NCBI GenBank assembly: GCA_024231025.1
Contig: JAAEQW010000274.1
Coordinates: forward strand, 1,615-65,614
DNA: 64,000 nt
Direction of reading: 5' to 3'
Source of the DNA: Candidatus Omnitrophota bacterium
Lineage (GTDB): Bacteria; Omnitrophota; Gorgyraeia; Duberdicusellales; 4484-171
The position numbers and the translations under genes are program-made. Below, one piece after another: positions 46,768 through 57,900 of the stretch. The first letter of the stretch is position 1. Each line of letters starts with the position of its first letter. Below the pieces are notes generated by a model. The model was not told the origin of the DNA. It did no database searches and was given only the letters and a program-made list of their open reading frames with translations.

Positions 46768-48315
46768 TTACGGAGAACGATACTTACCCTTAAACAACGT
46801 AAGCTCTAAAAAGGCCTGCAGCCTTCGCGAACGACTAGGATGTCTGAGCTTTTTAAGAGCTTTTGCTTCAATTTGGCGAATGCGCTCTCTGGTAACACGA
46901 AAAATAGTTCCTACCTCTTCCAATGTTTTTGGCGTTCCGTCTTCAAGTCCAAATCTAAGAGTAAGAATCCTTTTTTCTCTTAGGGTAAGACTTTCCATTA
47001 CTTGGGTGAGTTCTTCCTTTAGCATAGAAAAGACTGTGGCATTAGCCGGAGAAATTGCTTTTTTATCTTCAAGAAAATCACCAAAATAAGTATCGCCATC
47101 ATCTCCAATTGGAGTATGAATCGAAATTGGCTGTTGGGAAACTTTGAGAATATCTTTTATCTTCGTAACCGGAAGTTTCAATTCTTTTGAAAGTTCCTCG
47201 GTTGTAGGCTCTCTCCCTTTTTCCTGAATAAAAAGACGAGAAATCCGTATAATTTTATTTATAGTTTCGGTCATATGCACAGGGATTCTAATTGTTCTTG
47301 CCTGGTCAGCGATTGCTCTGGTAATGGCTTGACGTATCCACCAAGTTGCATAGGTTGAAAACTTATATCCTCTTTTATACTCAAACTTCTCTACCGCTTT
47401 GATTAGGCCAATATTACCTTCTTGAATTAAATCAAGAAAAGAAAGCCCTCGATTCACATATTTTTTAGCAATGCTAACCACTAAGCGAAGATTAGCCTCG
47501 ACGAGAGTCTTTTTTGCTTGGTTATAAAGCTTCTCTTTATTAAGAATTAGCTTGCTGCGCTCTTTAACATTGTCGGGAACAAACCCCAATTGTTTTGTAA
47601 TAACCGTGCGCTGGCGCTTAAGAGCGCGTCTTTCATTTTCTTTCGCTTTAGCGCGCCCCTTTGTTCGATTAATTTTTCTGCTTATCTTATCGATTTCGCG
47701 AACGCGATCGCTCATCACTAAAATTATCTTCTCGATAATATTAATCGTAAAATTATATTTTTTTAAAAGTTCTTTTTGATATTCTATTCTTTTCGTGCGC
47801 ACTAATTTTGAATAAAGTTTTTTTATTCTTTTTACTTCCCGTTCTTTATTTTTAATTTCTCCTTTTACGAAGTCATCAGGGTTTACATCATCCTTTGCTA
47901 TTCTTTGAGAAATATTTAAAAATATTTTTTTTGCTAGTTCTAAAGAAAAAACATCTTCGCGCAAAACCTCTTCTCTTGCCTCAATTTTTTTGGCTAGAGT
48001 TATTTCTTCTTCACGCGTAAGCAAGGGGATCCGCCCCATTTGCTTAAGGTACATCTTGACTGGATCATCAACCGGAGCAGTTGTTTTTGTGGCAGGCTTT
48101 TTCTCCTTTTCTTTGTTCATCGCCTCAACTTCTTTCGCCTCCAAAACAATAACTTTTTGACTGTCCAATTGCTCAAAAATATGATCAAAATCAGCAGCCG
48201 CATTAATTTCTATGGAAAGAAAGTGATTAATCTCATCATATGTGAGATACCCCTTTTTCTTCCCTAACGTTACTAACTGCTCGATGCTTCTTTCTAAAAT
48301 TTTCTTTTTAACCAT
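46768..48315 (-). CDS. rpoD: RNA polymerase sigma-70 factor RpoD.
   Basis: Regions 1.2-4 present ([35 protein letters not shown]), located downstream of dnaG. Confidence 0.9.
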   Translation of the reverse strand: MVKKKILERSIEQLVTLGKKKGYLTYDEINHFLSIEINAAADFDHIFEQLDSQKVIVLEAKEVEAMNKEKEKKPATKTTAPVDDPVKMYLKQMGRIPLLTREEEITLAKKIEAREEVLREDVFSLELAKKIFLNISQRIAKDDVNPDDFVKGEIKNKEREVKRIKKLYSKLVRTKRIEYQKELLKKYNFTINIIEKIILVMSDRVREIDKISRKINRTKGRAKAKENERRALKRQRTVITKQLGFVPDNVKERSKLILNKEKLYNQAKKTLVEANLRLVVSIAKKYVNRGLSFLDLIQEGNIGLIKAVEKFEYKRGYKFSTYATWWIRQAITRAIADQARTIRIPVHMTETINKIIRISRLFIQEKGREPTTEELSKELKLPVTKIKDILKVSQQPISIHTPIGDDGDTYFGDFLEDKKAISPANATVFSMLKEELTQVMESLTLREKRILTLRFGLEDGTPKTLEEVGTIFRVTRERIRQIEAKALKKLRHPSRSRRLQAFLELTLFKGKYRSP

Positions 48316-50050
48316 TTCTTACCTCGCTATTTATTTTGTCATATTTATTAACCAACACTTTTAATTTATCTCTATTTCCTTCGGCTTCTGCATTTTTAAT
48401 TTCATTCTTTAATTGTTCTCTTGCCACTTTAGCTCGATTTTTACGTAATTTTAAAATACTACTTTTAAAAAACTCTTTTTCCATTGGAATATCATCGTCC
48501 ATTAATATCTTTGCTATAAAACCACTAGTTTGCTTATCATCAAGGGTATTTATTATATTTGAACAAGAAAAACTTTCCTCATCCGAATAAGTATTGAAAA
48601 AATGAGTTACTACCCTCTTGGCTAAATTTGAGTCAAAATCTTCTTCTCTTACGCTCTTTTTTAGCAACGGTATTGATTTTTTATTAGTGAGCATATATTT
48701 AAGAAGAATTTTTTCAGTTATAGATAACGGCTCATTGACCTTCGCTTTAAATAAACTTGGCTGCCTACTTGGCGTGGGCGCGCCCACCTTGTTAAACTCA
48801 GCAAGAAGAACCTCTTCCTTAACGTTTATTGCACTAGCTAATTTTCTGATATATTCATACTTTCGCACCTCGCTATTTAGCTTGGCAATTGTGGTCAACA
48901 TTCCTTTTGCGATATTCGCTTTTCCTTCGATGGTGTTAACGTCGGTCGTTACTTTTAACACATCCAATTTGTAATTAAAGAAATCTTGACACTCATCAAG
49001 CAGCGCACAAAAAGCTTTTTTGCCTTTTTCTCTTATCAAAGAATCCGGATCCATGCCTTCAGGAAGTCTAACAACTCTTACCTGCAGGTCATTCTCAAGA
49101 AGTAAATCCAAGGCGCGCAAAACTGCCATTTGCCCTGCCTTATCGGAATCAAAAACTAAAGTAATATTTGTCGTATATCTGCGAATTACTCTAATTTGCT
49201 CAACAGTAAGAGCCGTCCCAAGAGAAGCAACTATGTTCTTTACGCCATGGATAAACGGCACAATCATGTCAAGATAGCCTTCGGTGACAATTACGCTATC
49301 CTTTTTGCTGATTTCATCTTTAGAAAGATTGAGTCCATACAAATGCTCTCTTTTGCTATAGAGCGGATTTTCTAAAGAGTTTATATACTTAGGCGCTTTG
49401 TCATTACGGCCATAAATTCTCGCACCGAACCCTACTACACGACTGCGCACATCACAAATCGGAAACATAATCCTATCCCTAAAAAGATCTCGATAGCTGT
49501 CGTTTCTAAAAATTGCCAAAGAAGCTTTCGAAAGCGCATCAAGGGTAAAGTTCTTTTGGCGCATATGGCTTATAAGACTATTGCGCCCACCACTGAATCC
49601 TAGACGAAATTGCTTAATAACCTCCGGACCAATGCCTCTTTCGCTTAAATAATCGCACACCACCTTTGCATGCGGCAATATAAGATTACTAGCAAAAAAT
49701 AACGCCGCTTCATCAACTACCTTATAGAGAAGGCCTTTTAAATTTCCGCGTTCTCCAGACTGTTGAGGAGTTTTTAGACCTAACCGATCGGCTAAAATTT
49801 CAATCGCTTCAACAAATGTTGATTTTTCATAGAGCATAATAAACTGAATAACTCCCCCACCCTCACCGCAACCAAAACAATGAAAAATTTGTTTCTGAGG
49901 GCTCACCATAAAAGATGGAGTTTTTTCACCATGAAAAGGACAAGCAGCCTTAAAATTTCTGCCTGCTTTTTTCATTGGGATATAGCTTGATATAATCTCT
50001 ACTATATCCGTGCGGTTCTGCACTTCATCAATAAAACCTTGTGGTATCAT
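48308..50050 (-). CDS. dnaG: DNA primase.
   Basis: Zinc ribbon [11 protein letters not shown]...CFGCGEGG followed by a TOPRIM domain. Confidence 0.9.
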   Translation of the reverse strand: MIPQGFIDEVQNRTDIVEIISSYIPMKKAGRNFKAACPFHGEKTPSFMVSPQKQIFHCFGCGEGGGVIQFIMLYEKSTFVEAIEILADRLGLKTPQQSGERGNLKGLLYKVVDEAALFFASNLILPHAKVVCDYLSERGIGPEVIKQFRLGFSGGRNSLISHMRQKNFTLDALSKASLAIFRNDSYRDLFRDRIMFPICDVRSRVVGFGARIYGRNDKAPKYINSLENPLYSKREHLYGLNLSKDEISKKDSVIVTEGYLDMIVPFIHGVKNIVASLGTALTVEQIRVIRRYTTNITLVFDSDKAGQMAVLRALDLLLENDLQVRVVRLPEGMDPDSLIREKGKKAFCALLDECQDFFNYKLDVLKVTTDVNTIEGKANIAKGMLTTIAKLNSEVRKYEYIRKLASAINVKEEVLLAEFNKVGAPTPSRQPSLFKAKVNEPLSITEKILLKYMLTNKKSIPLLKKSVREEDFDSNLAKRVVTHFFNTYSDEESFSCSNIINTLDDKQTSGFIAKILMDDDIPMEKEFFKSSILKLRKNRAKVAREQLKNEIKNAEAEGNRDKLKVLVNKYDKINSEVRNG

Positions 50051-51006
50051 TTGCTCCTTTTAATTCTTCTGAAACCTGAGCACTCGTGCACTTTAATCTT
50101 CTCTTTGCCAATTATGCTATCTAATATCAGGTTAATACCCAAATTATCTGAAGCAATATGTGAAGCAAAAATTACATTTATATTTGCTTGCTTGCATTTT
50201 TTGTAGTGCTCCTCGGATTGATGCATTGCGACAATTGTGTCAATACCAGATGCAGCAAACTTTTCGTATATTCCCTGCGGCCCTTCGGTTCCTCCAGTAA
50301 ACTCAAAAAGAATATTACTTGCTTTTGAGTTTTCACTTCCGATAGCAATTTTTGGAGCATTGTTGTTTTTTGCAGCATCGACGTACTCTCCGATGCTATA
50401 AAAAAGATTCATAATTGCGCCAATTGTTTTTGGCTTGCTTTTTTCTACCAATTTTGTCATATGCTGATAAGCACAATTATCAGCGGGAGTGTGCAGACAC
50501 ATGTAATTAATTTTTAGGAGCTTTGCGATGTCTACTCCTCTTTGATGATTCGCCGCGTGCACACGTCTGGCTACCTGCTCTTTGCGCGCTCCTAATAGGT
50601 TTTCGGCAGCGCTAATGCTGATGCCATACTTAACGAAGGCATCCACTTGCAAATCCATAACATTATGAAATCCTGCAAAAGCCTTACCTTCAGGGTGATG
50701 AGCAACAGCCAAATCAATGCTTACCCCTTTATCCTTTAGTCTATCTACCGCTAAAAGTTCGGGACCTTCAACATCAACGCCAACAATAATTGACTTAATG
50801 TCAACATCGGGATCGCCATTAAGAATGCGTGTATCTGCAAAAGGATTAAATAAAGAATCCTCATCAAAGAACCGTTTATCTTTTTCGTTAAGCTTGTTGT
50901 ATGCCTTTTTTTTCTCTTTTAGAAGGCTTTCGATATCTGTCTTACTGCGAATATCCGCCTCAACACCTTTTTGTATCGCTTTCTGATAAAAAGTCTTTAA
51001 CTTCAT
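50047..51006 (-). CDS. Nif3-family (YqfO/YbgI-like) dinuclear-metal protein.
   Basis: AHHP motif. Sits in the conserved nif3-dnaG-rpoD operon arrangement. Confidence 0.65.
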   Translation of the reverse strand: MKLKTFYQKAIQKGVEADIRSKTDIESLLKEKKKAYNKLNEKDKRFFDEDSLFNPFADTRILNGDPDVDIKSIIVGVDVEGPELLAVDRLKDKGVSIDLAVAHHPEGKAFAGFHNVMDLQVDAFVKYGISISAAENLLGARKEQVARRVHAANHQRGVDIAKLLKINYMCLHTPADNCAYQHMTKLVEKSKPKTIGAIMNLFYSIGEYVDAAKNNNAPKIAIGSENSKASNILFEFTGGTEGPQGIYEKFAASGIDTIVAMHQSEEHYKKCKQANINVIFASHIASDNLGINLILDSIIGKEKIKVHECSGFRRIKRSK

Positions 51007-51309
51007 ACTTTTATCTCTCCTCCTTTCTAAAAAAACTGCATAAATAAAAGAATGCTTTTATACAACCTATTACGCCTCAGTGGATTATACGGAAATACTC
51101 TTTGCGAATTCTTTTGGAACTATTCTTCATAGCCAATATTAATTAGATATAACATATTAAACAGCAAATGTCAAGAAAGCGCTTACATTTTATTAAATAC
51201 GCTGCATCAATGAGTTATAGCGGTTAAAAACGTGTGTTTTTGTTGATTTTGGGCCTTCTTTATGATAACTTAATTACACAAGCACTTTTACCTATTATAT
51301 ATAAAGACT

Positions 51310-52434
51310 ATGAGTTTTAAATTCACTACCGCCCTCAGTTTAAAAAGCGGCGAACAAGCTGCTAAAGAGATCTCTCTCAAAATAAAATCTGTTTTCCCTA
51401 AGGAAGCAAAATATGTAATTATCTTAGCTACCCCGCATTACCAGCCTCTCACCACCTTAAAGATATTAGATTTCACTCTCAAGCCAAAAAAATTAATGGG
51501 CCTACAGGCCCCTCTTTTGATTTTTGAAAGCGCAATTGTCAAAAAAGGCATGATCGGTTTATGCTTTGATCAAGAAGACGCAATCGTTAAGGATCTTCTC
51601 ACGCAAGATGTTTCAAGCCAAAGCATCGAATCGCTACTACGCTTAAAATCTAAGGATCTTAACGGGCCGCATCAATTTCTTTTTTCTTGTCTGCCGCCAG
51701 AAGTAAATTATTCGGACTACTTAAGGGGTGTTGAGCTTTCCTTAGGTAAAGCGTATAACGTATTCGGTGCCGGATTTATGAAAAAATATGCTTCTCGTCA
51801 ATTTCATATCACTAATGGCTCTGTTGACCAGGGGCTCTTTAACATAGCTGGAACCGATATTAAAATAGACACTCTAAACATTGGCGGCTATCTTCCGTTG
51901 GGAAGGCCTTTTGTAATTACTAAAGTCGTAAGCGATAAAGGGCTGATTATGGAGATAAATAATCGTCCCGCGATGGACATATATAAAAAATACTTTGAAG
52001 AAAAATTTGATGATTTAAAAAATCGAAACTTCTTTCCACTTTATCCTTTAGGCGTAAAAGAAAACGGAAATTATCGCATGATCAGCATTCTTAATTATCT
52101 CGAAGACGGCTCATTAATATGCCTCGGTGACGTAAAAGAAAATACACAAGCTCATTTTATGCTCTTGCATCAGCCCACACTATTTGAAACGATAGGCGAT
52201 GCGCTCAAACCAATAAGAAAAAATGGTGAGGGTCTAATATTTATGATAAACTCTATGTTGAGAAAGAAAATCCTTATGGATGGCGCAAGCGAAGAAGTGT
52301 ATCAGGTGAAACATCATTTAGGTGAAAAATTCAAAATAATCGGAATGTTTGCTGATTATATCATCTTTCCAAACAGAGAAAAAAGGGAAATTGGCATGGA
52401 TACCGGTAGTCTTTTAGTAACTTCCTGGAGGTAA
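51310..52434 (+). CDS. FIST-domain sensory protein.
   Basis: About 370 aa with FIST-N/FIST-C-like architecture, immediately upstream of a histidine kinase. Confidence 0.45.
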   Translation: MSFKFTTALSLKSGEQAAKEISLKIKSVFPKEAKYVIILATPHYQPLTTLKILDFTLKPKKLMGLQAPLLIFESAIVKKGMIGLCFDQEDAIVKDLLTQDVSSQSIESLLRLKSKDLNGPHQFLFSCLPPEVNYSDYLRGVELSLGKAYNVFGAGFMKKYASRQFHITNGSVDQGLFNIAGTDIKIDTLNIGGYLPLGRPFVITKVVSDKGLIMEINNRPAMDIYKKYFEEKFDDLKNRNFFPLYPLGVKENGNYRMISILNYLEDGSLICLGDVKENTQAHFMLLHQPTLFETIGDALKPIRKNGEGLIFMINSMLRKKILMDGASEEVYQVKHHLGEKFKIIGMFADYIIFPNREKREIGMDTGSLLVTSWR

Positions 52435-52442
52435 CTTAGTTT

Positions 52443-53900
52443 ATGGCTGGCGCAAACCCATTAGTTGCGGTTTTGTTCTTTTTTGTTGCAGTTATCGTTG
52501 TGCTTGTGTTTTACCTCTTTAGCAAGCTACAAACACTTTCAATACTGAAAAATACGATTACTCACTTAGAAAAAACCGTCACCGAGCTGGATCATCAAGC
52601 AAAATTAATCATCAAGGGCGATATGGAATTAAAGGTTTACCAGGAAGAGGTAGAAGACAAGATAGAAAAGCTAACCTTCCTTAAAAACCTGATTTTGTCT
52701 TCGGTACACATTCTTGACCGAGAGGACCTTTTCTGCCAGATTAATGACAAAATCATAAGCGACCTCGGATTTAAAAAAGGTATTCTTTTTGATTTTAGTA
52801 GCCTGGAACAAAAGGTCAATGTTGACTGCAGCAGTGAAGAAGTAAATACAATCAAAGATTTTCTTTTGCGCAAAAAACAAGCAATTACAACAAACCACCT
52901 TCTTTCTCGCGATTCAGAAATCTGCACAAAATTAGTATATGAATTAGGTTATGACGATTTTCTTATTGCCTCAATAAAGGCGCGCGAAAATGTTCACGCA
53001 ATATTCTTTCTAGCTAATACTGTTTTACCAGGAAATATTCGTATCGCCGAAAAAGAAATATTCTCAATTCTCTGCATGTATCTCGGCCAATGCTTAGACA
53101 ACATAACTCTTTTTGAGGATTTATATTTGGCTAAAGATGATCTTGAGAAAAAAATTCGCAGACGCACAGGCGAACTAGTTAAAAGCTTAAATGAAATTGA
53201 AATAATAAGTAAAACTAAATCTGATTTTATATCCAGCGTTTCACACGAATTGCGCACACCACTAACTTCGGTTAAAGGTTTTTCTTCTCTGTTAATAGCA
53301 GAAAAATTTGGAAAGCTCCCCGCAGAAGCTAAAACCCGCCTGGAAAAAATAGACATAAACGTAAATAAGCTCGTTGATATGGTAAATATGCTCTTGGATA
53401 TATCTCGCATAGAGTCAGGAAAAACGGAAGTAAAAATTGCCCCAGCAGATATTGTAAAATTAATCAAAGATATTTGTGATTTTCTATCTCCGCAAATACA
53501 GGCTAAAGAAATTACTCTTTCAACGGATACTCCAGAAAATTTAAGTGTATATATGGATAAAGGATTAATCGAACGCGTCTTGATTAATCTAATAAATAAT
53601 GCTTTAAAGTTTACACCTCAGGGAGGAAAAATTATAATTAGCTGTAAAAAAGAGGCAAAACAAGCAACGGTGTCGATTATTGATAACGGCTGCGGTATTC
53701 CAAAAAATGATATTGAAAAAATATTTGGAGAATTTTATAGGACCCAATTAACCAAAAACATTCAAGGAACAGGTCTTGGACTTTCTTTAGTAAAACGCAT
53801 TATTGACACACACAAAGAAAAAATATGGGTAGAATCTGAAATAGACAAAGGGGCCTCTTTTAATTTTACACTGAAACTGGAAGAGGCTAAGAATGTATAG
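52443..53900 (+). CDS. Membrane-anchored sensor histidine kinase.
   Basis: N-terminal TM helix, coiled coil, HisKA (SHELRTPLTSV) and HATPase (NALKFTPQGG, DNGCGIP, GTGLGLSLV). Confidence 0.8.
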   Translation: MAGANPLVAVLFFFVAVIVVLVFYLFSKLQTLSILKNTITHLEKTVTELDHQAKLIIKGDMELKVYQEEVEDKIEKLTFLKNLILSSVHILDREDLFCQINDKIISDLGFKKGILFDFSSLEQKVNVDCSSEEVNTIKDFLLRKKQAITTNHLLSRDSEICTKLVYELGYDDFLIASIKARENVHAIFFLANTVLPGNIRIAEKEIFSILCMYLGQCLDNITLFEDLYLAKDDLEKKIRRRTGELVKSLNEIEIISKTKSDFISSVSHELRTPLTSVKGFSSLLIAEKFGKLPAEAKTRLEKIDINVNKLVDMVNMLLDISRIESGKTEVKIAPADIVKLIKDICDFLSPQIQAKEITLSTDTPENLSVYMDKGLIERVLINLINNALKFTPQGGKIIISCKKEAKQATVSIIDNGCGIPKNDIEKIFGEFYRTQLTKNIQGTGLGLSLVKRIIDTHKEKIWVESEIDKGASFNFTLKLEEAKNV

Positions 53901-54822
53901 TTTAAAAATTTTAAGCGTTGATGACGACCCCGACATTTTAGATGTTATTTTAGCCACACTGGAAGGAGACTACCAGGTAGTGCAAGCATTAAACGGCAAA
54001 GACGCGATAGAAACCGCGAAAAAAGAATCTCCCGACCTATTAATTTTAGATTACAATCTTCCTGACATGCAAGGACCGGATATTTGCGCAATTTTAAGAA
54101 AAGATCCTCTTTTTCTAAACACCCCAATTTTAATGTTAACCGGTAAAGGTGAGATAGAAGACAAAGTAAAAGGGTTAGAAGCCGGCGTTGATGATTATAT
54201 GGTAAAACCTTTCGAACCGCAAGAATTGGTAGCTCGAGTGCGCATGCTAATCCGCCGCTCAACTATAAATTTAGATGCAAACCCATTAACTAGGCTGCCA
54301 GGAAACGTTTCAATCACCCGAGAGCTGGAAGATAAAATAAAGAATGAACGCGCATTTGCCGTTTTATACAATGACCTAGATAACTTCAAAGCCTTAAATG
54401 ATTACTATGGGTTTGATGCCGGCGATCACATTATTAAGGAAACTGCCCGAATTTTAGTTGCCGCAACCCAAGAAAAAGGCACCGTAAAAGACTTTGTTGG
54501 CCACATCGGCGGAGATGATTTTGTGATTATAACAAAGCCAGAAAATGCTGAAGGGCTTGCCAAGAAAATTATTGCTGATTTTGACAAACTTGCCCCAAAT
54601 CTTTTTGACGAAAAAGACAGAGTAAAAGGTTTTATCGAAACTAAGGGCCGCGATGGGTTAATTCATAAATTTGGCTTTCCCACAATTTCGATTGGGATCA
54701 TTACCACCGATACCCGTGAATTTACTCATGTGGCTGAAGTTAGTTCGGTTGGAGCCGAACTTAAAAAGCTCGCCAAAAAATTTGAAGAAAGCAAATATGT
54801 AGTTGACCGCCGAAATATCTGA
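53893..54822 (+). CDS. Response regulator with a receiver and a GGDEF domain bearing a degenerate GGDDF active-site motif.
   Basis: REC motifs (ILSVDDDP, DLLILDYNLPD), GGDEF-domain HIGGDDFVII and no RxxD I-site. Confidence 0.75.
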   Translation: MYSLKILSVDDDPDILDVILATLEGDYQVVQALNGKDAIETAKKESPDLLILDYNLPDMQGPDICAILRKDPLFLNTPILMLTGKGEIEDKVKGLEAGVDDYMVKPFEPQELVARVRMLIRRSTINLDANPLTRLPGNVSITRELEDKIKNERAFAVLYNDLDNFKALNDYYGFDAGDHIIKETARILVAATQEKGTVKDFVGHIGGDDFVIITKPENAEGLAKKIIADFDKLAPNLFDEKDRVKGFIETKGRDGLIHKFGFPTISIGIITTDTREFTHVAEVSSVGAELKKLAKKFEESKYVVDRRNI

Positions 54823-54838
54823 ATAAACCAAAGATAAT

Positions 54839-54900
54839 AGACCAAAGACTATAGACCATAGACCAAAGACTATAGACCATAGACCAAAGACCAGAGACTC
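54839..54900. repeat. Tandem repeat of about 2.9 copies of the 21-nt unit AGACCAAAGACTATAGACCAT, between convergent genes.
   Basis: Direct reading of the sequence at 54839-54900. Confidence 0.7.
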
Positions 54901-54970
54901 CCGCCAGAGACGGGACAGGCACCGATCAAAGGCCAAGAGATTGGTAGTCTTTTCCGCAAAGTTTTGCGTT

Positions 54971-57900
54971 TTAGTACGGTTTACTTTTGCGGCGGATGCG
55001 TGTGATTTCAAGACGAAAGCCAGTGATCGCAGCAGGATCAATATCAATGAATTCCTGCGCAACAACGGGGACATGTACCGCCTGCCTGCCGGACGGGCAG
55101 GGAAGCCCCGACAAAGTCGGGGATCGGTGCGCGTCCCCGGAAGACACAAAAGAACCGGAGCGTTCTTCATCTATTTCAATCATTTCAGAATTAAGATCAA
55201 TGCCGCCAGAAATGATAGTTTTAGATGAGGCACCGGCATTTTGATTTCTGGCGACTCGTGCCGATACAGCTGAAGACAATTCTTCTTTTACATGAGAATA
55301 GAACATCTCCTCGTATCTACCCCATTCATTCTTTTTGTGATTTTCATATTCATCAACTATTTCTAAAAGTTGCTCAACACTCATCTGCTCAATCACCCAT
55401 GCATGATACAGGGTAAGCTGCGTTTCATTTTGGCTGAAATATTTTTTCTGACGCTGGGCCGCAACATGATGGGGTTGCCCCTCGATGCGTTCGGTGTATT
55501 CATGATCAATTACCTCACCCAAAGCAAAGAATGTAAAATTGTCTTGATTAATATAATTTGAATTAAGAATTATTGATAAAGTGCCGTCGATTTCTTTTCT
55601 GCCGGCAGCGTCCATAGTCTCAGGTAGATGATCGGATAAATACACATTGATCTTTTGCTTATCAAGCTTATCGGCATCTTCCATTCCTACCAAAGGGGAT
55701 TTTAGAAATTTAACAAGCTCATTCTTATCAAATGACAATTCTCGCTCAGGATTAATCAAAGCATTAAATTGATCATCGGTAAATTTTGGTTTGGCTACAT
55801 CACCAACCCTGCGGCTAGGGCGTTTAAGGGCAACCGGAAAATTCTTTACTTTGCCTTCATCTTCTAACTTGACGACATCGATAACCGGCACATTAAGATG
55901 AAAAATATCACTTTTTTTAATACCTTCTGAAGGCTGCTCACCCAAGGGGATCGGCTGTGCCCGACCTCTTTGTTTTTTCCGTTTTTTGTTCCGATGTTTA
56001 TTTTTTTCTTGCGATCTCTTTCTTTTGGTGTTATTAGCTCCTTCTTTCACCCCTATTTCTTGTTTAAGTCTTTTATACCGTTTGGAATTTACCGGTAAAA
56101 ATATTATGACATCTTCATATCTAACAACACCCTTAACTTCCTCTACCGCCCGAACATCCTCAAGCGTAAGTTCTTTATTGCCGGAACTAGCAACTTTTTT
56201 CTTCACCACCAATGAAAATGCCTTTTCAAAAATTGTAATATAGGAAAAAGAATCTCTACTGGAAGTTACAACTATAGTAGGAAAATCTTTAATGCTTCCT
56301 TCTTCTAAAGCGTCAAAAAGATAATTTACTAATTTAACAGCGAAGTTCGCTGAATAACAAGCTCCGATAATTATTACTAAGTCTGATAAAGTGCCGACTT
56401 TAGCTGCCCGCTTCATCAAAGCCTCACCGTACTCTTGATAGCTAATTGCCCAAGGGTGCTCCATTTTGTCACTTACTTCTCTTCCTAGCTTCCCACCTCT
56501 CAACCACAAATGCTCTGGGCCGCCATGCTTATGATGCCAAAGTACGTTATTTTTATCATTAATAGGTATGTTAGGCACTGTCTTCTCAAGAAATTTAATT
56601 TTATCTTCGACGCCTTCAAACCGATTTTCTTGATCAATGGTAACGCCTAAAGGCTTTACTATATCTTCTAACTGCTCGCCAGTAAAATCTTTATCAACAT
56701 GAGTATACGCATACACCGAAGATCCTTTCTGAATAAGCGCTCTTCGTTTGTTCGCTTCATCAAAAGTCTCAACTATAAAAAATAGTGCTTTCTCAATCGC
56801 TATCGCTTGTCGCAAATTGTAATTATCCTCTGTGGAAAGTTGGATATCAAAACGTTCCAAAAGAAGCACAACTGACTTAGCCAAAGAAAACTGATTGGCA
56901 TATTTTTTACTAAATGCTAAAGGGAGCGTTTTCGCAATAAAAGCACTATTAAGATATACTGCCCTTACTTCATCAATTGAAAAATTACCTCTACCAATTT
57001 CTGATGATCGCCAAAAAATATTCTGCCAAAAAGGATCAAGAGTACTCGTAACCTCTTCCATTTGCTCATAATTTAACTTCATCGCAATTACATATAAAAC
57101 TCTACTCGCAGCCTCACGAAGTTCCTTATTCTCAGACTCTAGTGCCCTAAAAAGCTTCTCAAACAAAGTATCACCAATTAAGCGAAATCCACTTGATATG
57201 TTTCCATGGTTGGTTTTTCCTTGCAAAGATTTTAGAAAAGGAGGCACAAGAACATCCCTAAGATATTCAATATCACGTAAATGCGCACCGGACATAACTT
57301 CTATTACTAATTTTGCTGTTTTTTGATTCAACTCCTTATTTTCTGAAGCTAAAGTTTCAATAAAAATCTTAAAAACTTCAACAGTCAATATTGATCCCAT
57401 TTCAGTTAACCTCATTCGGGATCGATCCCTATTTTTCTTCTTGTTATCCTCTAGGCTATCAATAAGTGCTAATGCGGCTTTTTGACGCATGGATTTAAAA
57501 GTTGTGCTATCTGTAACTGGTTTTTTAAACATATTACCTAAACCCTCAATAGCCATAAATCGCATTTTGCTATCATTATGCTTTAAGGTCTTCATAGCAC
57601 TAGAGAAAACGTCTTCTGCTATCGTGGTGGATAAATCCTCGTAAATATCAGCGAATATATGTCCTAGACCAATTGTGGCAAACGAATTGCCTTGATTAAT
57701 TGCTGTAATTAACATTGGAATAAGTTTTTGCTCAATAACCCTAGCTTTTACTTGCGTAGAACACAGCCCTTCCATAGCCATCGCAGCAACATCTCTTACA
57801 TATTCTTCTTTAGCCAGCAGACCATGCAGCCCTATAGCAACAACAATTTCGGTTCTACGGTTTTTGTTTTTTTCCCCTTTAAGAACTTTTGCGATTTTCG

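Noticed and set aside
51007-51309. A possible small RNA in the 300-bp divergent intergenic region.
   Set aside because: Only AT-rich promoter-like sequence is present and no convincing structure or terminator was seen. It is most simply the divergent promoters for the nif3-dnaG-rpoD and FIST-histidine-kinase operons.
54658-55170. 170-aa minus-strand ORF containing LWSIVFGLWSIVFGL.
   Set aside because: It is simply the translation of the 21-nt tandem repeat and REP-like hairpins in another frame.
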